A stretch of 64,000 nt of DNA from Alistipes sp. Lineage in GTDB: Bacteria; Bacteroidota; Bacteroidia; Bacteroidales; Rikenellaceae. Under the pieces are notes generated by a model, which had not been told where the DNA came from, ran no database searches, and worked only from the letters and a program-made list of their open reading frames with translations. The DNA lies in the NCBI GenBank assembly GCA_045543395.1, contig JAZQML010000060.1, forward strand, positions 34,790 to 98,789, given 5' to 3'. Each line of letters begins with the position of its first letter. Positions within the stretch are counted from its first letter, which is position 1. A program made the position numbers and the translations under genes. Positions 37,753 to 49,562 of the stretch are shown in pieces.

Positions 37753-39579
37753 CTACTCCTGCGAGTCTATCAATTTAACTCGCTCGATGGCATCTGCCAT
37801 ATCTTGTTTTGCTCGTGCAATTTTCTCCTCAACGGCAGCAATCATCGCCTCGGCACCCTTCGACTTTGCAAAGAAACCGATGTTGTTCTCCAAAGTCAGA
37901 ATCTCCTGCTCGAGTTGCTTCACGCGGTTATACAACTTCTCGCGCTCGCTGCGAAGTTGCTTACCTCCCGACTCACGCATAGAGGATACACGACTCTTGA
38001 ATTTGCTGATTTGCTGTTCGCGGTCGGCACTACGAACTATTGCAAAGAGGCGGTCCAAAGCGGCCTTATACTGCTTCTGCAACTCCTCTTTATTGCGGAT
38101 AGGCACAAAACCAATCTCGCTCCAACGGCGTTGGAACTCCTTTATGTCGTCGAACGACTTGATAGTCGCTTGTGCCATCTCCTCCAACAAAGCCTGCTTT
38201 GCTGCGAGATTTGCCGACTGCTCGTTGTCTTGCGACGAGAAGTGTTGCGATTTGCGCTCGAAGAACTTATCGCACGCTGCACGAAAACGCTTCCAAACAG
38301 CATCAGCATATTTGCGTGCTACGGTGCCGGATTTCTTCCACTCTGCTTGCAGAGCCAACAACTCCTCGGTTGCCTTTGCCCAATCCTCACGCTCGACGAT
38401 AGCCTCGGCACGCTCGCAAAGTGCGGTCTTAATCTCCAAATTTTTCGACATATCCTCCTTCGCTTCGGTGTAGAATGCGTGCTTTGCCTCGAAAAACTTA
38501 TCGCACGCAGCACGGAAACGGTCGTAGACTTTGTTGTTCTCCTTCTTTGGGGCAAAACCAATGGTGCGCCACTCCGCCTGAATGGCCTGAATGCGCTCGC
38601 TGACTTTGTTCCAACCCTTATGCGATGTTGGAGCCTCGGCAACGATATTCTCTACCTCGTCACAGAGAGCCGACTTGCGCTCGAAGTTGCGAACTTGCTC
38701 CGCCTTAATGCCCTCGAAATGCTCCTGATGGCGGCGGTTGATGATTGTGGATGCGCTCTTAAAACGCTCCCATAAAGACTCCTTATGCTCCATTGCAACG
38801 GGCCCTATCTCACGCCACTCCTCGTGCAACTTCTGCAACTTGTGGAATGCGTCAACTATTGCGGTGGCATCGGTCAATGCCTCCGCCTGCTCGCAGAGAG
38901 CGATTTTCGCCTCGTAGTTTCGTTTCCAGTCGAGGTCGCGCAACTCCTTATTTATTTTGACGTAGTCGTAGAAGTTCTCGACGTGGAGGTTGTAGGTCTC
39001 GTAGAGGTCGCTCACACGCGCTTGAGGTACCTGTCCAATAGCGCGCCAGCGAGCCTGAATGTCGTGGAACTTTGCAAAGGTAGAGTTCAGTGTCTCCTCC
39101 GAATCGACCAACTGCTTCAACTCCTCGATAAGAGCCAACTTTGCATTGTAGTTATCCTCCTTCTCTTTGTCGGAGATAGCCGTAGCCTCATCACGCTTTG
39201 TGCGGTAGATGTTGTACAACTCCTTAAAACGTACCTCTGCCTCGTCGGTCTGCGGGGTATATTCTGCATCCACGCCATTCTCTTGAAAGAACGCCTTGCG
39301 ACGCTCCTCCACGTCGGCACGATGCAGTTTGTAGAAGGCTACCTTCAACGCCTCAACTTCGCTTCGCAGTTCGGCAGAAGGCTCTTCGCCAACTATCTCG
39401 GCAAGGCGTGCCAATACACCCTCTTTGTCAAGTCGGGAAATCTCGTTGACAACGGGCGCAGCCTCGTCGTTTTTCTCCTCTGCGGTAGCGAGGACGTTCT
39501 CTTCGCACACTTCGGGTGCAACTTCGCTCTGAATAGTCTGTTCCTCAACAGGAACTTCGATAGTACTCTTGGTAGCCAT
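37753..39579 (-). CDS. DUF349 repeat protein
   Basis: Repeated N...K.ALCE.AE..., Q.EW..IG.VP, W.RF..ACD.FF. Confidence 0.9.
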   Translation of the reverse strand: MATKSTIEVPVEEQTIQSEVAPEVCEENVLATAEEKNDEAAPVVNEISRLDKEGVLARLAEIVGEEPSAELRSEVEALKVAFYKLHRADVEERRKAFFQENGVDAEYTPQTDEAEVRFKELYNIYRTKRDEATAISDKEKEDNYNAKLALIEELKQLVDSEETLNSTFAKFHDIQARWRAIGQVPQARVSDLYETYNLHVENFYDYVKINKELRDLDWKRNYEAKIALCEQAEALTDATAIVDAFHKLQKLHEEWREIGPVAMEHKESLWERFKSASTIINRRHQEHFEGIKAEQVRNFERKSALCDEVENIVAEAPTSHKGWNKVSERIQAIQAEWRTIGFAPKKENNKVYDRFRAACDKFFEAKHAFYTEAKEDMSKNLEIKTALCERAEAIVEREDWAKATEELLALQAEWKKSGTVARKYADAVWKRFRAACDKFFERKSQHFSSQDNEQSANLAAKQALLEEMAQATIKSFDDIKEFQRRWSEIGFVPIRNKEELQKQYKAALDRLFAIVRSADREQQISKFKSRVSSMRESGGKQLRSEREKLYNRVKQLEQEILTLENNIGFFAKSKGAEAMIAAVEEKIARAKQDMADAIERVKLIDSQE

Positions 39580-39705
39580 AATATGCTTCTGTTTAGTTTA
39601 ACAACTTTATACCTTTTATGGTATAACCCGACAAAGATACAAATTAAAACCGAAAACCGAAAGCCTTTTAATCTTTTTAGACAAAATATTCATATATTTG
39701 CCACG

Positions 39706-41157
39706 ATGAAAAACGAAAATAGACCTTTTGAGGGCAAAGAAATGCCTATTTGGCTTGCGCTGATACCTATGGCGGTGTTGGTTGCAATGCTTGCACTTGT
39801 GATAAAAGTATTCGGCGCAGATGCCATTGCCGGAGGTAGCCAAATCTCTCTTTTGGTTGCTTCGTCTGTGGCTGCTCTCCTCTCCATAACCGTTTGCCGT
39901 TGTAAGTGGAAAACACTCGAAGAGGCAATAGTCGAAAATATACGAACATCCGCTTCGGCGATTATTATGTTGCTGTTGATTGGTGCTATCGCCTCGACGT
40001 GGATGTTGAGCGGAGTTGTGCCAACACTGATGTACTACGGATTGCAAATAATTCATCCAAAGATGTTTTTGGCTGTGGCGTGCCTTATCTGTACGGTGGT
40101 CGCTATTGTTACGGGCAGTTCGTGGACAACAATCGCCACCATCGGAGTTGCTCTTATGGGTGTCGGTCAGGCGCAGGGCTTCTCGGAAGGGTGGATTGCC
40201 GGAGCAATCATTTCGGGTGCATATTTTGGCGATAAGGTATCGGCTTTGTCGGATACTACGGTGCTGGCATCTACCACCGCTCGTGTGCCGCTTTTCGAGC
40301 ATATCAAGTATATGAGTATCACTACGATACCATCGTTCATTATCTCGCTTGTAATCTTTGCGGTAGTTAGCATTATGCACACTGCCGATGCCTCGGCACA
40401 GGTCGAGGAGTTGTCGCACGTCTTGCAGGGTTCGTTCAATATCTCGGCGTGGTTACTCCTCGTACCGGTTATTACATTGGTGCTTATCGCCAAGCGATTG
40501 CCGTCGCTCGTCACACTTTTTATCTCGGTGGTTATTGCCTGCGTGGCGATGGTTGTAAGTCAGCCCGAGATAGTGCAGAGTATAGGCGGAGATGATGAAT
40601 TTTCTACTTTCAGAGCGTTGCTCACAGTGTGTTCAAGCGAAACTTCAGTTGAAACAGGCAATGCCACTATAAACGAGTTGGTTGCAACATCGGGAATGCA
40701 AGGTATGCTCAATACCATTTGGCTCGTTTTGTGCGCTATGTGTTTTGGTGGTGTAATGGCGGGTAGCGGTATGTTGTCGGCCATCACAAAACTCTTTGCG
40801 AAGTTCGTATATCGCACTGCAAGTATTGTCGCTTCGACGTTGGGTATGGGTGTGTTTGCCAACCTCGTAACAGCCGACCAATACATCTCTATTATAATTA
40901 CGGGTAACACCTTCCGCGACCTCTACAAGAAGCGTGGTTTGGAGGGGCGTTTGTTGAGCCGTTCGATAGAGGATACGGCAACCGTAACCTCGGTGCTTGT
41001 GCCTTGGAATTCGTGCGGTATGACTCAATCTACGGTGCTTGGTGTGGCGACTATAACCTATTTGCCATACTGCTTGTTCAACCTTATAAGCCCTGTGGTG
41101 TCGTTGCTGACTGCGATTGTGGGCTACAAAATCTATCGCAAAGAGGATAAAGAGTAA
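39706..41157 (+). CDS. nhaC: Na+/H+ antiporter NhaC family
   Basis: GSSWTT.ATIG.A, SGAYFGDK.S.LSDTT, ED..T..S.L.PWNSCG. Confidence 0.92.
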   Translation: MKNENRPFEGKEMPIWLALIPMAVLVAMLALVIKVFGADAIAGGSQISLLVASSVAALLSITVCRCKWKTLEEAIVENIRTSASAIIMLLLIGAIASTWMLSGVVPTLMYYGLQIIHPKMFLAVACLICTVVAIVTGSSWTTIATIGVALMGVGQAQGFSEGWIAGAIISGAYFGDKVSALSDTTVLASTTARVPLFEHIKYMSITTIPSFIISLVIFAVVSIMHTADASAQVEELSHVLQGSFNISAWLLLVPVITLVLIAKRLPSLVTLFISVVIACVAMVVSQPEIVQSIGGDDEFSTFRALLTVCSSETSVETGNATINELVATSGMQGMLNTIWLVLCAMCFGGVMAGSGMLSAITKLFAKFVYRTASIVASTLGMGVFANLVTADQYISIIITGNTFRDLYKKRGLEGRLLSRSIEDTATVTSVLVPWNSCGMTQSTVLGVATITYLPYCLFNLISPVVSLLTAIVGYKIYRKEDKE

Positions 41158-41222
41158 GCGAGAGTATTCTTTTTGGTGTAATTGTTGTTAGGTTTGGGTT
41201 TACAAACCAATACAACAAGTGT

Positions 41223-42065
41223 ATGAAAAAGATTATTCTATCCGTTTTGGCTTTGGGTGTAACCGCAGCGGTATCTGCCCAGAGCGAGCAGGCCCCAGCG
41301 GCAAATGCTATTCTTGTATCGCAAACACGCGATGGTAATGTGGTAACTTCTCGCTACAAAATCCCTCACAACGATGGTCGTAGTGCCGAATTCGACGTGC
41401 ATTATGCTGTGAATAAGTCGAATATCGTTCCATCCTATTCCGACAACACGCAACAGATCGACGATTTGAAAGATTTTATGGCGCAATGTTGCGATTCGAC
41501 TATGCACATTTCGACGATTAAAATCGTTGGCTATGCCTCGCCCGATGGCGATGTGAAGCAGAACGATACACTCGCATCGCAGCGAGCGCAGTCGCTCTAT
41601 CACTACGCCGTAAACACCTATCATCCTGCGCAACAAATCAAGACTTCGCACAAGACATTCCGCTGGAGCGATTGCGTCGCGGCTGTCGAGAAGTCGGATA
41701 TCCCGCAGAAGCAGGAGGTGTTGGCAATTCTCAACTCCACAACTCACACCGAGGCTCAAAAGGAGGCTGCTCTGCGCAAAATGCCCGAGGCGTGGCAATA
41801 CTTGGCAACCAAGATTCTACCGCAGATGCGTTATGCCGATATCGAGTTCGACTATGGCGTGGATGAGTTCGTAACACGCACCACTACTGTGGCGCAGACC
41901 GAGCCGACAAAACCTGTGCAGACTTCGCAACCTGTGGTGGTCGACGAGGAGATGGGAATAATCATCGCTACACCAAATCACGATGACGACAAAAACTCCA
42001 AGCGCAAGCATAAAAAACGTGATAAAGCCCGCGTAATAGGGGAGTATGAGGCTATTTATTGGTAA
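41223..42065 (+). CDS. Secreted OmpA-like domain protein
   Basis: Signal peptide; I.G.ASPDG...N..LA..RA motif. Confidence 0.75.
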   Translation: MKKIILSVLALGVTAAVSAQSEQAPAANAILVSQTRDGNVVTSRYKIPHNDGRSAEFDVHYAVNKSNIVPSYSDNTQQIDDLKDFMAQCCDSTMHISTIKIVGYASPDGDVKQNDTLASQRAQSLYHYAVNTYHPAQQIKTSHKTFRWSDCVAAVEKSDIPQKQEVLAILNSTTHTEAQKEAALRKMPEAWQYLATKILPQMRYADIEFDYGVDEFVTRTTTVAQTEPTKPVQTSQPVVVDEEMGIIIATPNHDDDKNSKRKHKKRDKARVIGEYEAIYW

Positions 42066-42165
42066 AAAAGTGGTGTAAACCCATAAAAAAGTTGGAAAAT
42101 CTTTGCGTGCTATTCTTTTTTTCTTATCTTTGTGCTACGAAAGATATTAAAAATAGAGTAAGGTT

Positions 42166-42447
42166 ATGGCAAATTTAAGATTTTTGAAGAAAGAGATCGA
42201 CTACCGTCTTGAGGAGTTGGTATTCGATTGCGACATGACAATCTATTTCCGTCCGGACAAGGAGCAGGAGATTTTCGCAATTATGCAGGAGGGCGTAGAA
42301 CTCCGCAACGAACTTTATCACAAGGCGAACAATCCTGTTGAGCCAAAGAATGCTTCGTTGGTGCGCAAGTACTACGCTGCTTTCCGTAACGAGATGATAG
42401 AGGGTTATGGTAAGTTGTTCGAGAAGTTGAGTGCATTGCACGACTAA
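42166..42447 (+). CDS. Small helical hypothetical protein
   Basis: Clean ORF after a TATCTTTG promoter, host-like codon usage. Confidence 0.75.
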   Translation: MANLRFLKKEIDYRLEELVFDCDMTIYFRPDKEQEIFAIMQEGVELRNELYHKANNPVEPKNASLVRKYYAAFRNEMIEGYGKLFEKLSALHD

Positions 42448-42469
42448 TTTCGACAACACATTTCAGGTT

Positions 42470-42503
42470 AAAGGCGCAATGGCTCCCATTGCGCCTTAAT
42501 TTT
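42470..42503 (+). terminator. Hairpin after small hypothetical gene
   Basis: AAGGCGCAATGG-CTC-CCATTGCGCCTT perfect stem. Confidence 0.65.
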
Positions 42504-42518
42504 AAGAGACCGAACACT

Positions 42519-43178
42519 ATGCGAATACTTGTTGTCGACGACGAGGTGGATATCCGCGAATTTGTGCAGTACAATCTTGTAAAGGATGGCTACGACGTTG
42601 TGTGCGCAGAGAATGGGCGCGAGGCGTTGCAGCGAGCGGTGGAGTTTCGTCCCCATCTTATCCTTTTGGATATGATGATGCCGGAAATGGATGGACGTGA
42701 GGCGTGCCGTGCATTACGTGCCAACTCCATAACCGCCAAGACGATGATTGTATTCCTGTCGGCAGTTTGCGAGGAGGATAGCCTTTTGGAGTGCTACGAG
42801 GCAGGTGCCGACGACTACATTACCAAGCCGGTGAGTATGAAGGTGTTGTGTTCGCGTGTCGGTGCAATTTGCAACAGAATAGAGCGCCAAGAGGGAGAAA
42901 TTCTTTCGAAGTCGTCACGTCTTATCGAAGAACGACGCTCGTTCGTAACCGATGATGGTGAGGAGGTACAGTTGGCGGTTAAGGAGTTCGAGATTCTGAA
43001 ACTGCTACTCTCCGAGCCTCGCATTTTTACTCGAGAGGAGATATATGATTTGGTGTGGGGTACCGATGTCATAGTAGGCTCGCGCACGCTCGATGTTCAC
43101 ATTCGCCATCTCCGCAGTAAGATTGGCGACCGCTATATTGCCACCTACAAAGGCGTAGGTTTCGGCTACAAGGAGTAA
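42519..43178 (+). CDS. OmpR/PhoB-family response regulator (no adjacent kinase)
   Basis: VVDDE, LLDMMMP.MDG, GADDYITKP, winged helix R.LDVHIR.LR.K..G.G. Confidence 0.93.
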   Translation: MRILVVDDEVDIREFVQYNLVKDGYDVVCAENGREALQRAVEFRPHLILLDMMMPEMDGREACRALRANSITAKTMIVFLSAVCEEDSLLECYEAGADDYITKPVSMKVLCSRVGAICNRIERQEGEILSKSSRLIEERRSFVTDDGEEVQLAVKEFEILKLLLSEPRIFTREEIYDLVWGTDVIVGSRTLDVHIRHLRSKIGDRYIATYKGVGFGYKE

Positions 43179-43197
43179 CCCTAAAACTTTACAATCT

Positions 43198-44202
43198 ATG
43201 CTATCGCTATTGAAACTCTTTGCGCTGACCATATTGGTCGGCTCTAACACCTCATATTGGGGCCATACATACCTCGCCGAGGGCAACAATAAAATCTATG
43301 CTCTCCGCAGTTTGAACGATGCCTCCTCACTCTGCACTTTCGATGCCGCTTGCCTCGACGGTCGCGCGGGCGTTATCGAGTTGGCATCTTTGCAAGTGCC
43401 AATGGCAGAGTCTGTTACCGAAGGTAAAGAGTCCTGCCATATAACGTTGTTGGAGCGTGAGGCCGTAGTGTCGGACTATACGAGCGGAACACTCACCATC
43501 TATCCGCTCGATGAAAAGGGTGATGTCTGCGGAAAGCCTCGTCTACTGCGGTACGAGGGTAAAGGCGCTCACCCAACACGCCAGCACGCTCCCCATATCC
43601 ACTCGTCGGCACTCTCGCCCGACGGCAAGAGGTTGGCGGTTGTGGACCTCGGCACCGATAGAGTCTATTGCTACGCAGTTAAGGATGGCAGATTGGGCGA
43701 AAAGTTGGCAACTATTACGCTCCCTGCGGGTAGTGGACCTCGTTTTAGTATCTTTGGAAACGATGGCAAGTACCTCTATGTCCTCACCGAGTTGAGCGAC
43801 GAGATTATGGTCTATCGTATGGCTGATTACAAGTTGCAAAATCGTTATCCTATTGGCGACGACAACCCCGAAGGAGGCGCACACATAGCGTTAAGCCCCG
43901 ATGGCCGCACTCTCTATGCTTCGTTGCGAGTGAGTGGCACATCGAAGTCGAACAGGTGTAAGGTGTCGGATGGTGTGGCAATCTTTAAGTGTTTGAAGGA
44001 TGGTAAGTTAGAGAGGTTACACTACCTGCCTACGGGCGGACATCCTCGCCACTTTGCTATATCGCCCGACGGCAGAGCGTTGGTTGTGGCGTGCCGAGAT
44101 AGTAACGAGATAGAGATATATCCGCTCGAAAATGGTCTACCAAAGGGCGAAGCCGAGAAAATCTCGGTCAAGTCGCCTGTCTATGTCGGTTTTGTGCGTT
44201 AG
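43198..44202 (+). CDS. Lactonase-family beta-propeller (6-phosphogluconolactonase-like)
   Basis: RQ..PH.H, DLGTD, GSGPR, GGHPRHFA.SPDG. Confidence 0.88.
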   Translation: MLSLLKLFALTILVGSNTSYWGHTYLAEGNNKIYALRSLNDASSLCTFDAACLDGRAGVIELASLQVPMAESVTEGKESCHITLLEREAVVSDYTSGTLTIYPLDEKGDVCGKPRLLRYEGKGAHPTRQHAPHIHSSALSPDGKRLAVVDLGTDRVYCYAVKDGRLGEKLATITLPAGSGPRFSIFGNDGKYLYVLTELSDEIMVYRMADYKLQNRYPIGDDNPEGGAHIALSPDGRTLYASLRVSGTSKSNRCKVSDGVAIFKCLKDGKLERLHYLPTGGHPRHFAISPDGRALVVACRDSNEIEIYPLENGLPKGEAEKISVKSPVYVGFVR

Positions 44203-46673
44203 AATGCGAATGTAGCGGAAGCGTAGAATGTGCGTGGATAGGCGTACAGATAGCGAGAATCGAGACGTTTGTAGATATATTCGCCGGCGAGTTTGTATCG
44301 ACGTAGGCGCGATGCTTCGTAGGCGTTGTATACGATATTTTGCGACCCCAACAAGTTGCGCACACCAACCCTGAATATTAGGCGACTGCGTGGGTGAGTG
44401 TCCTCGAAACGAGGTGCTGCCTTTGTCGAGTAAATCTTTTTGCTTAATCGGTTGATATATAGACTTTTCGATAACGATAAATCTATCGTAAAAGCGTCGC
44501 GTAACCGTTCTTGTGTGGTCATTGCCAAACGCTCCTCGGGCGAAACAGCCATCGCCAAAATTCTGTTGGTTCGCATAGTCGGCGAAGGCTCGACGAATCG
44601 CAGTCCGGCGTAGTTTGCATTTATGCTTGCCCACCAACCTTTATTGTAGAACGACAAACCCGTCGTAATGGCTACCTGCGGGGTGTTGCCAACCGAAAGC
44701 CCCTTCGTGTAACTCGGAATATGGTTAGCAAACATAATATTCGATTTGTCGCTATAAATTGTTATCAATGAGTTGGTTGCATATTTATATCTGCCAAACA
44801 CTGCTGCGGCGGTAAGACAAAAATGGTCGGCAAAACGATACTCTGTTTCCACCTCTACACCATAACGCAGTTGGTCTATTCCGCTCACAACAACATCGGC
44901 ATATTCGCCCGATAAATCGTCGTAAAGATGACGCACCTGCGTATCGTTCAACTTTGCCGAAACGAATAGGGTAGTGCTTACAGCGATGTTGCTCTTTTGA
45001 AAGATATATCGCACCTCGGCGTTGTAGGTACTACGTAGCGTAGGGTTGTCTATTGTGCGGTTGTTGTATTGGCTCTGTAAAAATAGATTCTCCTCCTCGC
45101 AAGGCTTCGCTTCGGTGGCGATGTTGAAATCTATAAAGTGATTATCCGCAACAAGAAAGCCAACCTTTACGCGCAAGACGTATGGCGAAAATTTCAGATG
45201 ACGTGAAACCCCTAACGAATTGTCGGCAAATAACTCTTTACGGTAGAAACCGCGACGCGAGATGTCGCAATACCCCGCCTTCGCTGCAATATCGAGGTTG
45301 AGCCTATTGGTCGAGTAGCCATAGGTGGCGTATGCCGTAATGTCGTGACGACGAATGGCGTAGTCGTAGCCAAAACGATCGCCCTCTAAAATGTGGCGAT
45401 TTGGTGTTGCCATATTGTTCTGCAACGAGTTGCCGAAGGTGTCGTCGTCGAGCAGAAAGTAATCGACATCAATGGAGTATTCTGCTCCAAGCAAATCACG
45501 CATCTGCTTGTAGTTGCGATAGTTGGCAATTTTCGCCTCTATGCCATATCCGAGTGTGCCACGCTCTAATTTTGTGGTGGCACCGCCACGCATCGATGCG
45601 AGGATGGTGCGTTGAACCCTATCTGAAATGGCGTATATCGCCTCGCCATTGTTCATACGATTTGTAGCGATGAGGTTGTCAAAGTCGATTTGAGTGTAAC
45701 GAGTGTCGTTGTTTTGCCAAGCCGATTCGACAGCGAGAGATATATCATCCTCACCGTTGAAGAAACTCGGCATATAGCGGTAGTTGTCGGGCGTAGGTGT
45801 CTGTGCATCGTACCAATCGAGCGCACTATATCGCTCGATACCCGCCGTTAGTGCTGCTGCCAAATTCAAACGAGTACGCTCGCTTACATCACCTTCGTAG
45901 CAGAGGAATGCCGTAGGCAGGAACTCTCGCCTGATGCGTGCATTTCGCACCTTGCCGTTTTGATATCCCCACGCAGGGTTATAGAGGTTGTTACCCGTGA
46001 GGCGGAATGCTTCGGCGGTGGTTGCCAATCGGGTGCTGCGCATCGACGGACGAGCAAATATAGCCATCGTGAGAGTGTGCTTGTTGCTCCAATTCTTTGC
46101 TGCCATTAGATTAACACTCAACGAGTTGCCAAATACGCTACTGATGTGCAAATCACGACCTGTACGCCCATCTATATTTGCCGCTAACGACCAGCCATTA
46201 TTGAGTTTGTGGGCAGTGGATAGCGCAATGGAGTAGGGCATATTGCGCGACGAAAACGAGAATCCGGCCGACGTTCGCTCCTCTTTCAAGGTGTCTATCC
46301 GCAGCGACACTTCGTCGGTGGAACTCTCTTCGTTGAGTTGCAGAGTACGAATTGCCGACCAACTGATATATGGTACTTCAACACCATTTAGGAGGGCTTT
46401 TCGCTCATAGTGTGCAACACCGCGTCGGGCGAAGCGGATATGCGAAAAGTTGTAGTTGAGTGCGTTGGTCGAAAAGTTGCGATTGAGGATGAATTTTGCA
46501 CTCTCCGTGCTATCCCTCTCGGGTGCAAGCAACTCCTCTATGGTATCGAAACGCTTATAGTATCTAAAATCATAGAGGTCGAACTCCTGTGCGGAGAGAC
46601 CTCTATAACATAGCAGAAGTAGTACAACGAGTATGTATCGCAAGCCTCGCATTACTCGTGCAAAGCGTTCCAC
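44199..46673 (-). CDS. TonB-dependent-receptor-like outer-membrane protein, paralogue of the 62757 gene
   Basis: [22 protein letters not shown] vs GSNYYNPNVGFQNGKMRNTRVR; C-terminal F; overlaps the obgE stop. Confidence 0.8.
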   Translation of the reverse strand: MERFARVMRGLRYILVVLLLLCYRGLSAQEFDLYDFRYYKRFDTIEELLAPERDSTESAKFILNRNFSTNALNYNFSHIRFARRGVAHYERKALLNGVEVPYISWSAIRTLQLNEESSTDEVSLRIDTLKEERTSAGFSFSSRNMPYSIALSTAHKLNNGWSLAANIDGRTGRDLHISSVFGNSLSVNLMAAKNWSNKHTLTMAIFARPSMRSTRLATTAEAFRLTGNNLYNPAWGYQNGKVRNARIRREFLPTAFLCYEGDVSERTRLNLAAALTAGIERYSALDWYDAQTPTPDNYRYMPSFFNGEDDISLAVESAWQNNDTRYTQIDFDNLIATNRMNNGEAIYAISDRVQRTILASMRGGATTKLERGTLGYGIEAKIANYRNYKQMRDLLGAEYSIDVDYFLLDDDTFGNSLQNNMATPNRHILEGDRFGYDYAIRRHDITAYATYGYSTNRLNLDIAAKAGYCDISRRGFYRKELFADNSLGVSRHLKFSPYVLRVKVGFLVADNHFIDFNIATEAKPCEEENLFLQSQYNNRTIDNPTLRSTYNAEVRYIFQKSNIAVSTTLFVSAKLNDTQVRHLYDDLSGEYADVVVSGIDQLRYGVEVETEYRFADHFCLTAAAVFGRYKYATNSLITIYSDKSNIMFANHIPSYTKGLSVGNTPQVAITTGLSFYNKGWWASINANYAGLRFVEPSPTMRTNRILAMAVSPEERLAMTTQERLRDAFTIDLSLSKSLYINRLSKKIYSTKAAPRFEDTHPRSRLIFRVGVRNLLGSQNIVYNAYEASRLRRYKLAGEYIYKRLDSRYLYAYPRTFYASATFAF

Positions 46674-47644
46674 AACATATCTTTCAACTTCGCAATATTC
46701 AATCCTGCAACCGAAGAGATGAATACCGATTTTATGCCATCAGGTAGGTGTGATGTCATCTCCTCCATCAACTCCTCATCAAGCATATCACACTTTGTAA
46801 TTGCCAAAATGCGGCTCTTGTCGAGCAGTTCGGGGTTGTATTGCGTAAGTTCGCCGAGCAGAATTTCGTAATCTTTACGAATATCGTCGCTGTCGGCAGG
46901 AATCATAAACAGCAAAATCGAGTTACGCTCGATGTGGCGCAAGAAGCGTGTTCCAAGACCTTTTCCTTCGTGCGCACCCTCGATAATTCCCGGGATGTCT
47001 GCCATAACGAACGAGTGGCCATCTCGCACCTCCACAATTCCGAGATTTGGCTCCAATGTGGTAAATGCGTAGTTTGCAATCTTTGGCTTTGCAGCCGATA
47101 CCACCGAGAGCAGAGTACTCTTACCTGCATTTGGAAATCCCACCAAGCCAACATCTGCCAACACCTTCAATTCGAGGATAAATGCACCTTCGGCACCCTC
47201 CTCGCCGGGTTGCGAGTAGCGTGGAGCCTGATTTGTGGCGGTGCGGAAATGCCAGTTGCCCAATCCGCCACGTCCACCCTTCAGGAGAACGAGTTGCTCG
47301 CCGTGTTCGGTCACTTCGCCCACAATCTCGCCTGTTTCGGCATTGCGTGCAACTGTTCCGAGTGGCACAGGAAGGATGATATCCTTTGCATCCTTGCCGT
47401 GCGAGCGTGCGCCCGAGCCACATTCGCCATCTTCGGCAAATTGGTGACGCTGATATTTGAGGTGGATAAGAGTCCAATATTGACGGTCGCCCTGCAAGAT
47501 AATCGAGCCACCTTTACCGCCGTCGCCACCATCGGGGCCACCGAAAGCGACAAACTTCTCACGACGGAAGTGTGCCGAGCCTGCACCTCCGTGTCCGGAG
47601 CGTGCAAATATCTTTACATAGTCGACAAAATTCGATCCAGCCAT
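46652..47644 (-). CDS. obgE: GTPase ObgE/CgtA
   Basis: [34 protein letters not shown]. Confidence 0.97.
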   Translation of the reverse strand: MAGSNFVDYVKIFARSGHGGAGSAHFRREKFVAFGGPDGGDGGKGGSIILQGDRQYWTLIHLKYQRHQFAEDGECGSGARSHGKDAKDIILPVPLGTVARNAETGEIVGEVTEHGEQLVLLKGGRGGLGNWHFRTATNQAPRYSQPGEEGAEGAFILELKVLADVGLVGFPNAGKSTLLSVVSAAKPKIANYAFTTLEPNLGIVEVRDGHSFVMADIPGIIEGAHEGKGLGTRFLRHIERNSILLFMIPADSDDIRKDYEILLGELTQYNPELLDKSRILAITKCDMLDEELMEEMTSHLPDGIKSVFISSVAGLNIAKLKDMLWNALHE

Positions 47645-47673
47645 AATTCTAAACGCAAAAACTGAAAACTTTT

Positions 47674-49455
47674 TTACATTCGCTCCGGAACATCAATTCC
47701 GAGCAATCGCATCGAGCGGTTGATAATGCGTGCCACCTGCTGTGCCAACGCCAAACGCATTTTCTTGACCTCTTCATTCTCCTCGCGGAGGATAGAGTGG
47801 TCGTGGTAGTAGCCGTTGAAGGTCTTACACAACTCGTAGGTGTAGGCGGCAATAATCGAAGGCGCAAATGCCTCGCCGGCAGCCGCTACGGTTGCAGGGT
47901 ATTCGCACAACATCTTTATCAACTCAACCTCCTCCGGCAATAACTCGCACGCGATATGCTTGCTCTCGAATGTGATATTCTGCTCGGCAGCCTTACGCAA
48001 TACGGAGCAGATACGAGCGTGGGTATACTGGATGAATGGGCCTGTGTTGCCATTGAAGTCGATTGACTCACGAGGATCGAACAGCATAGTCTTTTTAGGG
48101 TCGACTTTGAGGATAAAGTATTTGAGCGCACCCAAACCGACCATCGAACTGATTGCCGATGCCTCCTCCTCGCTGCAACCATCCAACTTGCCCAACTCCT
48201 GCGACATCTCGCGTGCGGTCGAAATCATCGCTTCGCACAAGTCGTCGGCATCGACTACGGTGCCTTCGCGCGACTTCATCTTACCCTCCGGCAACTCCAC
48301 CATACCATACGAGAGGTGGAAAATGTCGTCACTCCACTCGTAACCCAACTTTTTGAGTATCAACTTCAAAACTTGGAAGTGGTAGTTCTGCTCGTTGCCT
48401 ACGACATAGATAATGCCATTCAGAGCATTCTGCTCGAAACGCTGCAATGCAGTTCCGAGGTCCTGTGTCATATATACCGATGTGCCGTCGCCACGAAGCA
48501 ATAACTTCTGGTCGAGTCCGTCGCTTTCGAGATCGATCCACACCGAGCCATCCTCCTTGCGGAAGAATATACCCTTCGCCAAACCCTCCTCGACGAGTCC
48601 TTTGCCGAGGATATAGGTCTGCGACTCGTAGTAAACCTTATCGAAATCTACGCCGAGAGTCTTGTATGTTACATCGAAGCCGTCGTAAACCCAGCCGTTC
48701 ATATTCTCCCATAGTGCGCGAACCTCCTCGTCTTTTGCCTCCCACTTGCGCAACATCTCCTGCGCTTCGAGGAGTATCGGAGCCTGCTTCTTTGCCTCCT
48801 CCTCGCTCATTCCGCCTGCGACGAGTTCCTTGATCTCCGCCTTATAGTGCTTGTCGAACTCCACATAGTAGTCGCCTACGAGATGGTCGCCCTTCTTACC
48901 GGTCGATTCAGGAGTAGCACCATTGCCATAGCGCAGCCACGCCACCATCGACTTGCAGATGTGGATGCCTCGGTCGTTTACGAGGTTTGCCTTAATTACG
49001 TTGTGTCCGTTAGCCGCCAAAATCTGCGCCACCGAGTAACCCAAGAGGTTGTTGCGGATATGTCCGAGGTGAAGCGGCTTGTTGGTATTTGGCGACGAGT
49101 ACTCAATCATAATCGTGCGGCCCGTAGGCTCTGCTACGCCATAGTTCTCGTTGGCTGCTAAATTCTGGAAACGGGTTGCCCAGAAACCTTTACAAAGAGA
49201 GATATTCAGGAAACCCTTAATAACATTGAACGACTCGATGTCGAATGCTCTCTCGACCAACATCTCTCCAATCTCGGTAGCCACCGCCTCGGGCGATTTG
49301 CGAGCCTGCTTTACGAGCGGAAATACTACGAGGGTGTAGTCGCCCTCAAACTCTTTGCGGGTCTTCTGGATCTGTATTTGCGAATCGGTAACAGTTCCGT
49401 AGAGGTACTCCACAATGGCTTTAACTTGGCTTGTAATGTACTGTTCTATACTCAT
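47674..49455 (-). CDS. argS: Arginine--tRNA ligase
   Basis: [15 protein letters not shown] (HIGH), KMKSREG, GNTGP.IQY.HARI. Confidence 0.97.
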   Translation of the reverse strand: MSIEQYITSQVKAIVEYLYGTVTDSQIQIQKTRKEFEGDYTLVVFPLVKQARKSPEAVATEIGEMLVERAFDIESFNVIKGFLNISLCKGFWATRFQNLAANENYGVAEPTGRTIMIEYSSPNTNKPLHLGHIRNNLLGYSVAQILAANGHNVIKANLVNDRGIHICKSMVAWLRYGNGATPESTGKKGDHLVGDYYVEFDKHYKAEIKELVAGGMSEEEAKKQAPILLEAQEMLRKWEAKDEEVRALWENMNGWVYDGFDVTYKTLGVDFDKVYYESQTYILGKGLVEEGLAKGIFFRKEDGSVWIDLESDGLDQKLLLRGDGTSVYMTQDLGTALQRFEQNALNGIIYVVGNEQNYHFQVLKLILKKLGYEWSDDIFHLSYGMVELPEGKMKSREGTVVDADDLCEAMISTAREMSQELGKLDGCSEEEASAISSMVGLGALKYFILKVDPKKTMLFDPRESIDFNGNTGPFIQYTHARICSVLRKAAEQNITFESKHIACELLPEEVELIKMLCEYPATVAAAGEAFAPSIIAAYTYELCKTFNGYYHDHSILREENEEVKKMRLALAQQVARIINRSMRLLGIDVPERM

Positions 49456-49562
49456 TTTCAGATGCTATTTTTCTATTATTTATAATTGCGTGCAAAAGTA
49501 ACGATTTTTTTGCGCTTTTCAAAATTATGTGTTACTTTTGTGTTTCGAAAGTACCCAAACAA

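Noticed and set aside
36842-38473. Long antisense ORFs (also 17520..18623, 37804..38775, 57706..58935, 35522..36526)
   Set aside because: Shadows of well-supported genes on the opposite strand; no recognisable motifs
38785-39705. N-terminal extension making NhaC 790 aa
   Set aside because: Overlaps the DUF349 gene antisense; a promoter box at 39693 and ATG at 39706 give a normal-sized NhaC
42519-43178. Novel orphan two-component system
   Set aside because: Unpaired OmpR-type regulators are common; nothing distinctive seen
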